Virus record (IMG/VR): IMGVR_UViG_3300046791_000289
Coordinates: 1 to 63,218 of that record
Length of the DNA stretch: 63,218 nucleotides
Source: a virus
Lineage: Duplodnaviria > Caudoviricetes
Reading direction: 5' to 3' (one strand)
The notes below the pieces were generated by a model that saw only the letters and a program-made list of their open reading frames with translations, did no database searches and was not told where the DNA came from. A program made the translations under genes and the position numbers. This document shows positions 28,377-37,772 of this stretch, piece by piece. Numbering within the stretch: the stretch's first letter is position 1; every line of letters starts with the position of its first letter.

Positions 28377-28951
28377 CCTCGCCGATCACGATCTCCGGCT
28401 TCATCTTCCCCGTCCTCGCCGACCGCGCCGACGCCGCGCGCTATTTCGCGGGTTCGATGCGCGGCGCCACCTGGCTCGCGCTCGCCGACGCCGTCCAGGA
28501 CATCGCGCTCGTGAACGCGACCATGATGCTTTCGCAGATGACGTGGGAGGGCGACCCGGTCACGCCCGGCCAGTCGCTGCCATTCCCGCGCACGGGCCTC
28601 GACGACCGCGACGGCAACGCCGTGTCGTCAACGATCGTGCCCCAGGACGTCATCAACGGCGCCTGCGAGCTGGCGCTCGCGATCTACCTCAACCCGGACA
28701 AGGTCGCCGGCCAGGCCCAGGGCACCGCGAGCAACATCTCTGAGGTGTCGGCGACGAGCGGGACCTCGGTCTCGTTCTTCCGACCGATCGCCGGCACGCG
28801 GCTCCCCACCGCCGTCGATGAATGGCTCGAGCCCTATCTCGAGGGCGGCGGCACCGGCGGCACCTCGAGCGGCGTGGGCGGCGCGACCGCGTTCGGTACC
28901 GACGAAAGCGGTCACGTGACCTGCATCCCGAACCGCTACCGGGTGTGCTGA
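28373..28951 (+). CDS. Head-tail adaptor (DnaT-like family)
   Basis: A..YF....W......AL..AT......W.G.....Q.L.FPR......VP..V..G.CELAL. Confidence 0.8.
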   Translation: MTSPITISGFIFPVLADRADAARYFAGSMRGATWLALADAVQDIALVNATMMLSQMTWEGDPVTPGQSLPFPRTGLDDRDGNAVSSTIVPQDVINGACELALAIYLNPDKVAGQAQGTASNISEVSATSGTSVSFFRPIAGTRLPTAVDEWLEPYLEGGGTGGTSSGVGGATAFGTDESGHVTCIPNRYRVC

Positions 28952-28952
28952 C

Positions 28953-29339
28953 ATGGCCGACTTTCTAGGCGTCGACATCGCCGGCATCATCGACGACACC
29001 TTTACCGACCTCGGGATCGAGGACGCGGAGAGCGCGGTCGCGTCGCTCGTGAAGGTCACGCCCGGCACGCGCACGCCGGGCGCGGAGGCCGCCGGCACGA
29101 ACCCGACCAGCACGACCTACCCAGTCCGCGGCTTCGTCGCGCGCAGGCTGGTCGCGTACACGCCGCAGTCGAACGTGGTGGAGGGCGACCGGCAGATCAT
29201 CGTGTTCGGCGCGAGCGTGGCCGCCGGCGTCGAGATCGTCGCGAACGATCGGATCATCGACGCCAAGGGCAAGATCTGGCGCGTGGTCTCCGCGGTCCTC
29301 GATCCAGCCGGCGCCGTGTGGAAGGTCCACGGCCGGTGA
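28953..29339 (+). CDS. Head-closure / stopper protein
   Basis: T.Y..RGFV......V..GDR......ND.I.......VV....DPAGA.W..H.R. Confidence 0.7.
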   Translation: MADFLGVDIAGIIDDTFTDLGIEDAESAVASLVKVTPGTRTPGAEAAGTNPTSTTYPVRGFVARRLVAYTPQSNVVEGDRQIIVFGASVAAGVEIVANDRIIDAKGKIWRVVSAVLDPAGAVWKVHGR

Positions 29340-30298
29340 TCACGCTCGCCAAGCGCGACGCCGGCGACGTGCCGCGCGATCGCCTGATCGCCCAGATCGA
29401 TCTCTCGGAGGCCGCGATCGGCGAGCGCTTCGCGGAGATGGTCGCGTGGCTCAAGGCGCGGAACGACGTCGAGGAGATCGAGCGCGCCATCGCGAACGGC
29501 GCCTTTGACGTGGTCGCCGACGTCGACCCGGCCGCGCGCGTGTTCGCCGCCGAGATCAACGCGCGCTTCGCGGCCAGCGCGAGCGACGTGCTCGCGAGCA
29601 TGTCGAGCCAGACCAGCCTGGCCCTGCACTACGACGTCACGAACTACGCCGCGATCCAGGCGATGCAGGCGAACACGCTCGAGGTCGTGCAATCGATCCG
29701 CGAGGAATCCCGCGACCTGGCCCGCACGATCCTGAGCGAGGGCATCGCCGCCGGCGACAACCCGCGCGTGATCGCGACGACCGTGCACAACACGATCGGG
29801 CTCACGACCTACGACCACGAGATCATCGCGAACTACCGGCGCGCGCTCGAGACCGCCGACGCGCACGCGCTCACCTACGAGCTGCGCGATCTCCGGTTCG
29901 ATCGCCGCGTCGATGCCGCGGCTCGCGGTGGCCGCCGGCTCTCGCAGGAGCAGATCGATCGCGCCGTCGCGCGCTACAGCGCGAACCGCCTCGATCATCG
30001 CCAGGAGGTGGTCGCGCGCACGGAGGCGCTGTCATCCGTGCACGAGGGCGTGGACGCCGGGATCGATCAGGCCGTGGCGACCGGCGCGCTCGAGGCGGAC
30101 GCGATCATCGCGGAGTGGCTCGCCGGCCACCCCCCGCGCACGCGGTTCTGGCACGCGTCGATGAACGGCCAGCGCCGCGCCTACGGCGAGCCGTTCCTCT
30201 CGGGCCAGGGGAACCCCCTCCGCTACCCCGGCGACCGCGCCGCCCCGGCGGACGAGCGCGCCAACTGCCGCTGTCAGAAGGTAATCCGGGTCCGGTAG
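29336..30298 (+). CDS. Minor head protein (Mu gpF / SPP1 gp7 family)
   Basis: VARTE, W......RTR..H..MNGQ......PF......LRYPGD.......NCRC. Confidence 0.9.
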   Translation: MITLAKRDAGDVPRDRLIAQIDLSEAAIGERFAEMVAWLKARNDVEEIERAIANGAFDVVADVDPAARVFAAEINARFAASASDVLASMSSQTSLALHYDVTNYAAIQAMQANTLEVVQSIREESRDLARTILSEGIAAGDNPRVIATTVHNTIGLTTYDHEIIANYRRALETADAHALTYELRDLRFDRRVDAAARGGRRLSQEQIDRAVARYSANRLDHRQEVVARTEALSSVHEGVDAGIDQAVATGALEADAIIAEWLAGHPPRTRFWHASMNGQRRAYGEPFLSGQGNPLRYPGDRAAPADERANCRCQKVIRVR

Positions 30299-30316
30299 TG
30301 TCCGAATCCGGCATGG

Positions 30317-30363
30317 ACGCTACGCATAGCGTTCTTGCGTACTGAAAACGCTACTGCTAGCGT
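30317..30363 (+). promoter_or_regulatory. Head-operon promoter with two ACGCTA-N4-TAGCGT palindromes
   Basis: TTGCGT (30335)-17nt-TAGCGT (30358). Palindromes at 30317-30332 and 30348-30363. Confidence 0.7.
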
Positions 30364-30372
30364 GGCCACGAG

Positions 30373-32028
30373 ATGCCGCCCAAGCGCGTTCAGATCGTGG
30401 GGACCGTCGTCAAGGTCGCGGGTGGCGTGGCCTACGGTCACGCCGTCGTCGCGAACTACGACGGCGAGGACTACTTCGATCTCCAGGGCGACAACGTGGA
30501 CATGGACTCGCTCCGCGACTGCGCGACGGCGTTCATGCAAGGCACCCGCACCGCCAAGCGCATGCACAAGGGCGGCGCCGCGGGCCAGATCGTGCACTCG
30601 ATGCCGCTGGACGCGGAGATGGCCGCCGCGTTCGGCATCACGACCAAGAAGCTGGGCTGGCTCATCGGCATGCTCCCCGGCTCGGAGGAGTTGGCGAAGG
30701 AGATGGCCGACGGCCTCCTCCCGGCGTTCTCGATCGGCGGGCTCGGCGAGCGCGTCGAGATCGACGCCGACGGCACCGAAAAGGGCCTTGGGTTCGTATC
30801 GCTGGCCAAGGATGGCAGCGACAAGGGCCAGAAGGGCAAGCGCTACCGCCTCCGCCTCAAGCGGCTGGACGAGGTAAGCGCGGTCGACCGCCCGGCCCAG
30901 GAGTGGGCGACCGTCGCGCTCATCAAGAACGCCGACGGCACCTCGACGCGTCCGGCGCCCGGACGGTCGGTCCTGATCGCCAAGCTCGCCGCGCCACTGC
31001 TCAAGTCGGTGTTCCTCACCACCGCGACCGCCGGGCACCAGCATCGCCTGTCGATGTGCGGCTACGACGACGAGCGCATGACCAGCGGCGACACCTCGTA
31101 TGAGAGCGGCGGCGGTGCCAGGGACTTCGGTCACTCGCATGCCTGGATCTGCGGCGACGACGGCAAGGTGACGATCGCCGAGTCGCACGGTCACACGCAC
31201 GAGCTGGGCCCCGAGGCGGCGGAGATCCCGACCGATGAAGCCGAGCCCGCCGAGCCCCCCACCGATCCCCGCGTCGCCGTCGTGGCGCGCGACCCCAACG
31301 CACCGCCCACGATCGATCCCCCAAGCCCGGAGCCCGCCGCCATGCCGATGACCCCCGAAGAACTCGCCAAGTACAACCGCGCGCTGGCGCTCGCCGAGAT
31401 GACCGACGCGCAGAAGGCGTGGTTGGGCAAGCTCCCCGCGCTCGCCGCGGACGCGTTCGTCGCCAAGAGCGCGCCCGAGCGCGAGGCCGCGCTCGCCGCC
31501 GATGCGCCGGTCTATACGATCCGCCACGGCGAGAGCGCGGGCACCGTGCTCCGCAAGAGCGACCCCACCGCGCTGGTCTCCGCGTGCAAGATGGCCGACG
31601 CCTCGCACGATGCGACCGTCAAGGCCCAGGGCGAGGCCGCCGACTCGATCGCGAAGGCGGTCGCGCTCGAGACCATCCCCTACCTCGCCGGCACGGGCGA
31701 CGTGCACACCGCGATCATCAAGTCGGTGACCGCGATCGGCGACGAGGCGCTCCGCAAGGGCGCGATGGATGCGCTCAAGGGCGCGAACGCGGCCGTCCAG
31801 ATGCTCACGAAGCAGGCGGGCTTCAACGGCGGCGCCCAGCCCGGCGCCGGCGGCACCTCGCGCGCCAAGCTCACCGAGAAGGCCCGCGAGCGCGCGGCCA
31901 AGAACGGTGAGGATCTCGCGGTCGCGAAGGCGTGGCTCCTCGAGCATGACTCGGAGGCCCGCGCGCTCTACGACCAGATCGACAAGGAAGATCGCGCCGC
32001 GCAGGCCTCCGCGCGCGCCAGCGCCTGA
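30373..32028 (+). CDS. Prohead protease (XkdF-like) fused to scaffold
   Basis: YFDLQGD, MH.G...G..V.S, AFSIGG.G, LDEVSAVDRPAQ. His-rich GHxH repeats and Ala-rich helical C-terminus. Confidence 0.85.
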   Translation: MPPKRVQIVGTVVKVAGGVAYGHAVVANYDGEDYFDLQGDNVDMDSLRDCATAFMQGTRTAKRMHKGGAAGQIVHSMPLDAEMAAAFGITTKKLGWLIGMLPGSEELAKEMADGLLPAFSIGGLGERVEIDADGTEKGLGFVSLAKDGSDKGQKGKRYRLRLKRLDEVSAVDRPAQEWATVALIKNADGTSTRPAPGRSVLIAKLAAPLLKSVFLTTATAGHQHRLSMCGYDDERMTSGDTSYESGGGARDFGHSHAWICGDDGKVTIAESHGHTHELGPEAAEIPTDEAEPAEPPTDPRVAVVARDPNAPPTIDPPSPEPAAMPMTPEELAKYNRALALAEMTDAQKAWLGKLPALAADAFVAKSAPEREAALAADAPVYTIRHGESAGTVLRKSDPTALVSACKMADASHDATVKAQGEAADSIAKAVALETIPYLAGTGDVHTAIIKSVTAIGDEALRKGAMDALKGANAAVQMLTKQAGFNGGAQPGAGGTSRAKLTEKARERAAKNGEDLAVAKAWLLEHDSEARALYDQIDKEDRAAQASARASA

Positions 32029-32081
32029 TCTCCGTCGCCCCGCCCTCTCCCGATCCCACCGCCACCTCCACAGGAGCCGCT

Positions 32082-33095
32082 ATGTCGAACGAGAACCTCT
32101 CCCCCGCACTGACGAAGCCGGTCTCAACGGCGCTGGCGGCCGCGATCGTCGCCGGCACGACCAAGAAGTACGCCGGCGTCACCCTCAACTCGTCCGGCCA
32201 GTGGGACCTCCCCTCGGCCGGCGGCACGATCGACGCCGTCCTCTACTCGGCGGACGTCACCGTCGCGGGCAACCGCGCGCGCGGGCAGACCGTGGGCTCC
32301 GGCCAGGTCTACGTGCGCGCGGGCGCGACGATCGCGGTCGGCGACGATCTCAAGGTCGACACCGCGGGCGGCTTCATCGCGTGCGTGGCCGGTGATGTCG
32401 CGCTCGGCAAGCGCGTGGCGAAGTGCACGGAGGCGGGCACCGTCGGATCGATCGCGTCGGCGATCCTCTGCGGCGGCTCGGCCGTCGTCGTGGTCGCCGG
32501 CACCGACGTTCAGTCGACCGCCGGTGCGATCACCGTCCTGTCGGAGGAGACCGACCTCGTGATCGCGGGAACGATGGCGTTCTCGCTCGCGGACGGGCGC
32601 ACGGTCGGCCAGCGCAAGCGCATCGAGGTGACGTCGGCCACGGCGACCCCCGACGGCACGCTCACGATCACCACGCCGGTCCCCGGCGAGTCCGGCGCCG
32701 GCGTGTTCAAGCTGGGCGCCGTCGGCCAGTTCCTCGTGCTGGAGTGGACCGCCACCGGCTGGCACGTGATCGAAAAGCACCGCGCCGGCGCCAAGACCTA
32801 CGTGGTCGGCACGGCGGCGCCGGGCAACATGGTGGAGAACATCGACCTGTCCGTGACCGGCACCGTGTCGGGCGCGCTCCAGGACGGCAACGTCCCCGGC
32901 GAGATCATCCACGTCTCGCAGTCGGTGGCGTCGACCTCGCCCATCGGCACCCTCACCGGCAAGTACCGGACGAAGCTCGGTGTGCTCGCGTCGGTGAGCA
33001 CCACGGGCTGGACCGCGACGACCTCGTTCCTCTACGCCGTCTGGGACGGTGTGGCGTGGAACGAGATCGCCAGCTCGGGTCTCACCTTCAACTGA
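32082..33095 (+). CDS. Capsid decoration (DUF2190-like) protein with C-terminal repeated extension
   Basis: V.AGATIAVGD.LKVDTAG motif, directly before the MCP. Two L.DG...G repeats each ending in W....W. Confidence 0.7.
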   Translation: MSNENLSPALTKPVSTALAAAIVAGTTKKYAGVTLNSSGQWDLPSAGGTIDAVLYSADVTVAGNRARGQTVGSGQVYVRAGATIAVGDDLKVDTAGGFIACVAGDVALGKRVAKCTEAGTVGSIASAILCGGSAVVVVAGTDVQSTAGAITVLSEETDLVIAGTMAFSLADGRTVGQRKRIEVTSATATPDGTLTITTPVPGESGAGVFKLGAVGQFLVLEWTATGWHVIEKHRAGAKTYVVGTAAPGNMVENIDLSVTGTVSGALQDGNVPGEIIHVSQSVASTSPIGTLTGKYRTKLGVLASVSTTGWTATTSFLYAVWDGVAWNEIASSGLTFN

Positions 33096-33178
33096 TCGCC
33101 GCGCCCCGCGCGCGGGGCTCTCCACCACCGCACCGCCCTGTACTCCACGCCTCCTCACCTCCACCGGAGACCCCCGCC

Positions 33179-34234
33179 ATGAGCTACCTCGAGCATATCC
33201 ACAAGGGCTCGCCCGACCCGGGCGACGTGTACATCCGCCCCGAGATCACGGACATGTCCGTGGCCTACATGATCAAGAACGGGGCCGGGTTCTTGAACAC
33301 GATGTTCCCGGACTGCCCCGTCAAGCTCCAGCAGGGCAAGTATCGGTACTACGACCCGGCCGCGTTCTTCAGCGACGACATGGAGGAGCGCGCGGACGGC
33401 GCCGAGTCCGCGGGCGGCGGGTTCGACACCTCGACGCGCGACTACGCGACGCGCGTGTTCGCGTGGCACACCGACATCGGGCCGCAGATGCGCGCGAACG
33501 CGTCGAACGTCGACGTCGATCGCGCGGCCGCGGGCCTGTGCACCAACAAGGCGCTCCTCAACCGCGAGACCCGCTTCATCGCGATCGCGTGGAAGACGGG
33601 CGTGTGGTCGACGGAGCGCTACTTCAACGCGGGCGGCTCGCCGACGAACACCGGCGCCACCGGCTCACGCTGGCTCTCGTGGGCGGATGACGCCTCGGAC
33701 CCGATCCGCGATCTGCGGCGCACGCTCCAGGCCCAGCGGCTCGCGTCGTTCGGATACCGAGTGAACCAGATCGCGTTTTCGGAGGACGTCTGGGAGCGCA
33801 TCATGGTGCACCCGAAGATCGTCTCGCGGTTCACCGCCGGCCAGACGCCGGGCGGGCCCGCGATGGCCGATCCGGGCAAGGTCATGACCGGCATGGAGCA
33901 GTTGCTCTCGACGCCGGAGTTCCCGATCAAGATCCGCGTCGGGCTCGGGATCAAGAACACCGCCAAGAAGGGCCTCACCGGCGTGCCCGCGCTGATCGCC
34001 ACCACGGGCGTGCTCGGGCTCTACGTGCCGGCCGCGCCGTCGCCGCTGGAGCCGAGCGCGGGCTACACGTTCAACTGGACGAGCTACCTGGGCGCGGGCG
34101 CGCAGGGCCAGGTGATCACCCGCGAGGTCGTGCCGCTCACCAAGGGCGCCCAGCGCTACGAGATCGAGATCGCGAACGACGCCGTGATCGTCGCGCCGGA
34201 CGCCGGGTTCTGGTGCGAGGGCGTCCTCTCCTGA
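33179..34234 (+). CDS. Major capsid protein
   Basis: GGAGA RBS. T.MSVAY, FP..PV....GKY..Y, PS.GYTF.W. 351 aa. Confidence 0.9.
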   Translation: MSYLEHIHKGSPDPGDVYIRPEITDMSVAYMIKNGAGFLNTMFPDCPVKLQQGKYRYYDPAAFFSDDMEERADGAESAGGGFDTSTRDYATRVFAWHTDIGPQMRANASNVDVDRAAAGLCTNKALLNRETRFIAIAWKTGVWSTERYFNAGGSPTNTGATGSRWLSWADDASDPIRDLRRTLQAQRLASFGYRVNQIAFSEDVWERIMVHPKIVSRFTAGQTPGGPAMADPGKVMTGMEQLLSTPEFPIKIRVGLGIKNTAKKGLTGVPALIATTGVLGLYVPAAPSPLEPSAGYTFNWTSYLGAGAQGQVITREVVPLTKGAQRYEIEIANDAVIVAPDAGFWCEGVLS

Positions 34235-34336
34235 TCGTGACGCGGGCGGCTCTCGCCCGCGCGTGACAGACACCGCCGGCGCCGGTCGCGCCGCGCTCCA
34301 CCTGGCAGCGAACCCGCCAGGCACCGGGAGGTCACG

Positions 34337-34648
34337 ATGGATCAGAACACCAGCACGGGCGTGGATCCGCTCTTTCAGCCCGACAAGGGCGCGTATGCGG
34401 TCGCGGATTTCCGGTACGCCGGCAAGGAGTACCTCATCGGGGAACCCTTCCCGGTGAAGGATCTCCCCCAGCTCGAGATCTGGACGATGTGGCGCGGCGG
34501 ACGGATCGAGTTCGGCGAGCCAAACCCGCTCGCGCTCGCGGACGCCAAGGCGCGCCGCGAGGAGATCGAGGCGGAGGCCAAGCTCCGGGCCAAGCTCGCC
34601 GAGCGCGCCGCCAAGGCCGGCAAGACACCCGCCACGGCGGCGAGCTGA
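34337..34648 (+). CDS. Small head-associated hypothetical protein
   Basis: GGAGG RBS. F.Y.GK.Y..GE.FP, typical of post-capsid genes. Confidence 0.65.
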   Translation: MDQNTSTGVDPLFQPDKGAYAVADFRYAGKEYLIGEPFPVKDLPQLEIWTMWRGGRIEFGEPNPLALADAKARREEIEAEAKLRAKLAERAAKAGKTPATAAS

Positions 34649-34679
34649 TCGGGAGGCGCCGGTAACGGCGGCCCCCACG

Positions 34680-35177
34680 ATGGCGCTCCCCTCGAGCGGG
34701 CCGGTTGTCTCCCTCGACGACCAGCTCGCCGCGATCACCGCCGACCTCAAGCGCCACCTGGAGCGCGAGATGGTCGCGCTCGCGTTCGAGGTTCACGCCA
34801 ACCTCACGCACGACACGCCGATCGATACGGGGTGGGCCGCGGCCAACTGGATCCCCGGCTTCATCGACTCGAACCCTCAGGCCAGCCCCGGCGCCGCGGC
34901 GGCTGGCCTCGCCGCGATCGCGGCCTACACCCTCGAGCGCGGATCGATCGTCATCGCTAACCCGGTGCCCTACGTGCGGTGGCTGAACTACGGCACGAGC
35001 CACAAGGCCCCGGCCGGCTTCGTCGAGATCGCGGTCGAGCGCGCGATCGCGACGCGTGCGGGCGAGAAAACGCTCACGCCGCGGCGCGGGACGCTCGTCC
35101 AGGGCCCGACCTACTCGCCGGCCCGCCGCGATCGCCAGGAGATCCGCGAGTCGCTCCGGCCGCGAGGCCCGACGTGA
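34680..35177 (+). CDS. Neck/tail completion protein (HK97 gp10-like)
   Basis: TPIDTGWAAANW and N.VPY...LNYG.S.KAPAGFV. Confidence 0.85.
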   Translation: MALPSSGPVVSLDDQLAAITADLKRHLEREMVALAFEVHANLTHDTPIDTGWAAANWIPGFIDSNPQASPGAAAAGLAAIAAYTLERGSIVIANPVPYVRWLNYGTSHKAPAGFVEIAVERAIATRAGEKTLTPRRGTLVQGPTYSPARRDRQEIRESLRPRGPT

Positions 35178-36652
35178 ACTCGCTAGCCACGCCAGGGCCC
35201 TGGACCCTCAACAACCGCGATGAGCTGGTGCGGCGCCAGGTGCGCCCGCGCGTGACCCATCCCCTCTGGATCGGCCAGAGCAACGCGCTGGGCTACACCG
35301 GCGCGAGCGTGACGACCGACAACGGCCTCCGCGCGGCGGTGCCCTATGCGGCGTCGCAGATCGACACCGCGATCTCGTTCGCGTGGCCCTCCTCCGCCCA
35401 GCCGCGCCGCGACGTCCAGCCCTACGCCGCGAGCCCGCCGGATGCCGGCGCCGAGCTGGGCTACGCGCGCGCCGCGATTCAGCTTGGCGTGGCCGCGTCC
35501 GTGCTCCAGCAAAGCAAGATGGCCGTGGCCGGCGTCGAGATCGACACGATCCTCCTCGACGCCAACTACTCACGGATGGTCACGTACGCGCGCGCGCAGG
35601 AGGCCGCGACGGGCCATCTGATCTCGGACGTCCACCTCTGGCATGGCGAGGCGGACGCCGTCGACGACACGCGCGGCGGGAACTACTACGCGCGACTGAC
35701 CACGCTCGGCGGGAAGCTCCGCACGGACTTCCCCGGGTGCCGGATCTGGCTCATGCGGCTCAACGCGGCCGCGACGGGCGCCGCGATCACGGCCTCCGGG
35801 CGCGCGCTCGTGCGCGCGGCGCAAGCACAGTTCGCCGCCGATCATCCGTCCTACGTCTGGCTCATCGACCTGGACGATGTCTTGCTCGGCGGCGACGGCG
35901 TCCACTACCCCCAGGAGAGCTATTGGACGGTCGGCACCCGGCTCGCCTGGACGCAAGCGCGCGCGCTCGGCTACCTCCTGCCCGACGAGCGTGTGAGCGG
36001 GTGTCCCTCGATCCGCGCCGTCACGAACCCGTGCGTGTCGTCGGGCACGATCGGCGCGAGCGTGAAGCCGCACGCGACGCCGGCGCTGATCGACGAACTC
36101 CAGCTCTTGGCGGTCTGTGCGGGCGGCATCCTGGAGGTGCCCACGCTCTCCGACGCACAGGGATTCGTCGAGATCGCGGGATCGCCCGTGGTGTCCCTGA
36201 GTAGCGGCGTGCGCTGTTACACGGCGGTCTATTGGCGTTACTACAAGGGCCAGGGCAACCCGACGATCGCGGGCGGCTCGCAGCAACGACGGTGCGCCAA
36301 GATCGTGACCATCAACGGCGCCGCGCTCGACGGCGCCGCGATCGTGGCGGTGACCTCGAACGTCAATAACGCGTTCGTCGTCGGAATGTCGCTCCCGTCC
36401 GTGGTGACGTCGCTCGATCGGTGCCTCGTGATCGCGTTCCACGGTCACCACGCGAGCGGCCTCAACGCGCTCACGATGGATGGCGGCCAGGAGGCCAGCC
36501 TCGCGATCGACTCGTACGGACCCGCGAATCAGAAGCTATCGATCATCGCCGACGCGATGCCGGTGCACGGCACGCGCGCGGCGCGCACAGGATCGCACGC
36601 GATCATCACGTTGCAGGCTACGATCCAGGTCGTCATCAAGGCGGCCGCGTAG
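35174..36652 (+). CDS. Virion-associated SGNH hydrolase (sialate O-acetylesterase / CE6-like) with beta-rich C-terminal domain
   Basis: GQSN nucleophile motif, WHGEAD, DGVHY. GTGA overlap. Confidence 0.75.
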   Translation: MNSLATPGPWTLNNRDELVRRQVRPRVTHPLWIGQSNALGYTGASVTTDNGLRAAVPYAASQIDTAISFAWPSSAQPRRDVQPYAASPPDAGAELGYARAAIQLGVAASVLQQSKMAVAGVEIDTILLDANYSRMVTYARAQEAATGHLISDVHLWHGEADAVDDTRGGNYYARLTTLGGKLRTDFPGCRIWLMRLNAAATGAAITASGRALVRAAQAQFAADHPSYVWLIDLDDVLLGGDGVHYPQESYWTVGTRLAWTQARALGYLLPDERVSGCPSIRAVTNPCVSSGTIGASVKPHATPALIDELQLLAVCAGGILEVPTLSDAQGFVEIAGSPVVSLSSGVRCYTAVYWRYYKGQGNPTIAGGSQQRRCAKIVTINGAALDGAAIVAVTSNVNNAFVVGMSLPSVVTSLDRCLVIAFHGHHASGLNALTMDGGQEASLAIDSYGPANQKLSIIADAMPVHGTRAARTGSHAIITLQATIQVVIKAAA

Positions 36653-36659
36653 GAGCCCT

Positions 36660-37262
36660 ATGCAACGGATCAAGCTCAACACCACGACCCGCGGGATCCC
36701 GCTCTTTGCGGCCTCCAGCGTCGATCTCCAGGTCGCGCTGGACGCGTCCGCCTTGACGTTCACCGTCGCGGTGATCAAGGCCGACGGGACCTCGCAGGCC
36801 GGCGCCGGATCGGGCGGGATCAGCAACGCCGGCATCACGCAACCGAGCCTCTCCCTCGCGCGCGGCGTCTGCTACTACACGCCGGGCGCCAGCGACGTGA
36901 ACGTGTATGGGCCCACCGTGTTCGTGTTCACGGCGAGCGGCATGGAGACGCGGCGCGAGGTCGTCGACGTCGTGGCGCACGATCCGTACGACCCGATCCG
37001 CGCCGGCCTCACCGCGCTCCGGCCCGACCCGATCCTCGTCGGCGCGGCCGTGACCGGCACGCTCACCGCCGCCGCGTTCACCACGAACCTGGCGATCGCG
37101 TCGAACGCGCTCAAGAACGAGGCCCACTGTCGGTTCGTGACCGGCGCGCTCGCGGGCGAGGTCCAGAAGATCACCGGCTACGCCGCGGGCGTCCTCTCGT
37201 TCACGGCCGGGTTCTCCGCCGCCCCCGCCAACCTCGACGCGTTCGTGGTCGTGAACGGATGA
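36660..37262 (+). CDS. Putative fibre/appendage adaptor protein
   Basis: AGGAG RBS. C-terminal ~75 aa is paralogous to the C-terminus of 44239..45150. Confidence 0.65.
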   Translation: MQRIKLNTTTRGIPLFAASSVDLQVALDASALTFTVAVIKADGTSQAGAGSGGISNAGITQPSLSLARGVCYYTPGASDVNVYGPTVFVFTASGMETRREVVDVVAHDPYDPIRAGLTALRPDPILVGAAVTGTLTAAAFTTNLAIASNALKNEAHCRFVTGALAGEVQKITGYAAGVLSFTAGFSAAPANLDAFVVVNG

Positions 37263-37759
37263 GCCTCCTCCTCCTCGCCAGCGATGACGCCGTCGTCATC
37301 CCGCCGATCCCGCCGTCGCCGGCGCCCACGCTGGCGTCCGTCGAATGGGACGAGGCGACGCGGCTCGCGTTCGCGCGCGTGCTCACGTTGTGGGTGGACG
37401 GCCTGGGCGCGCCGCTCACGCCGATCAACCTCGACGACGAGACCATGGCGGAGCCGGAGGGCGTGCCGTGGATCCGCGTGAGCACGCGCGAGACCGCGTC
37501 GCGCATCCGTGCCATGACCGACGCCGGCGCCCATCGCTTCGCGCGCGAGGCCAACGTGTGGATCCAGGTGTTCGCCCCGCCCGATGGCGCGGACGTCGCG
37601 AACAAGCTCGCCAAGCGCGCGCGCCTCATGTTCGAGGGCGTGCGCATCAACGCCGCGATGGTGTTCGACGCCGCGCGGATCATCACCCTCGGTTTCGACG
37701 GCGCGAAATGGTACGCCGTGACCGTCCAGGCCCCGTTTCGGTACTACGAGACCCACTGA
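37259..37759 (+). CDS. Tail terminator (DUF4128-like)
   Basis: PWIRVS, V.IQVFAP..G, WY...V..PF.Y. Directly before the tail tube gene. Confidence 0.8.
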   Translation: MSLLLLASDDAVVIPPIPPSPAPTLASVEWDEATRLAFARVLTLWVDGLGAPLTPINLDDETMAEPEGVPWIRVSTRETASRIRAMTDAGAHRFAREANVWIQVFAPPDGADVANKLAKRARLMFEGVRINAAMVFDAARIITLGFDGAKWYAVTVQAPFRYYETH

Positions 37760-37772
37760 CAGGAGCCCAGCC

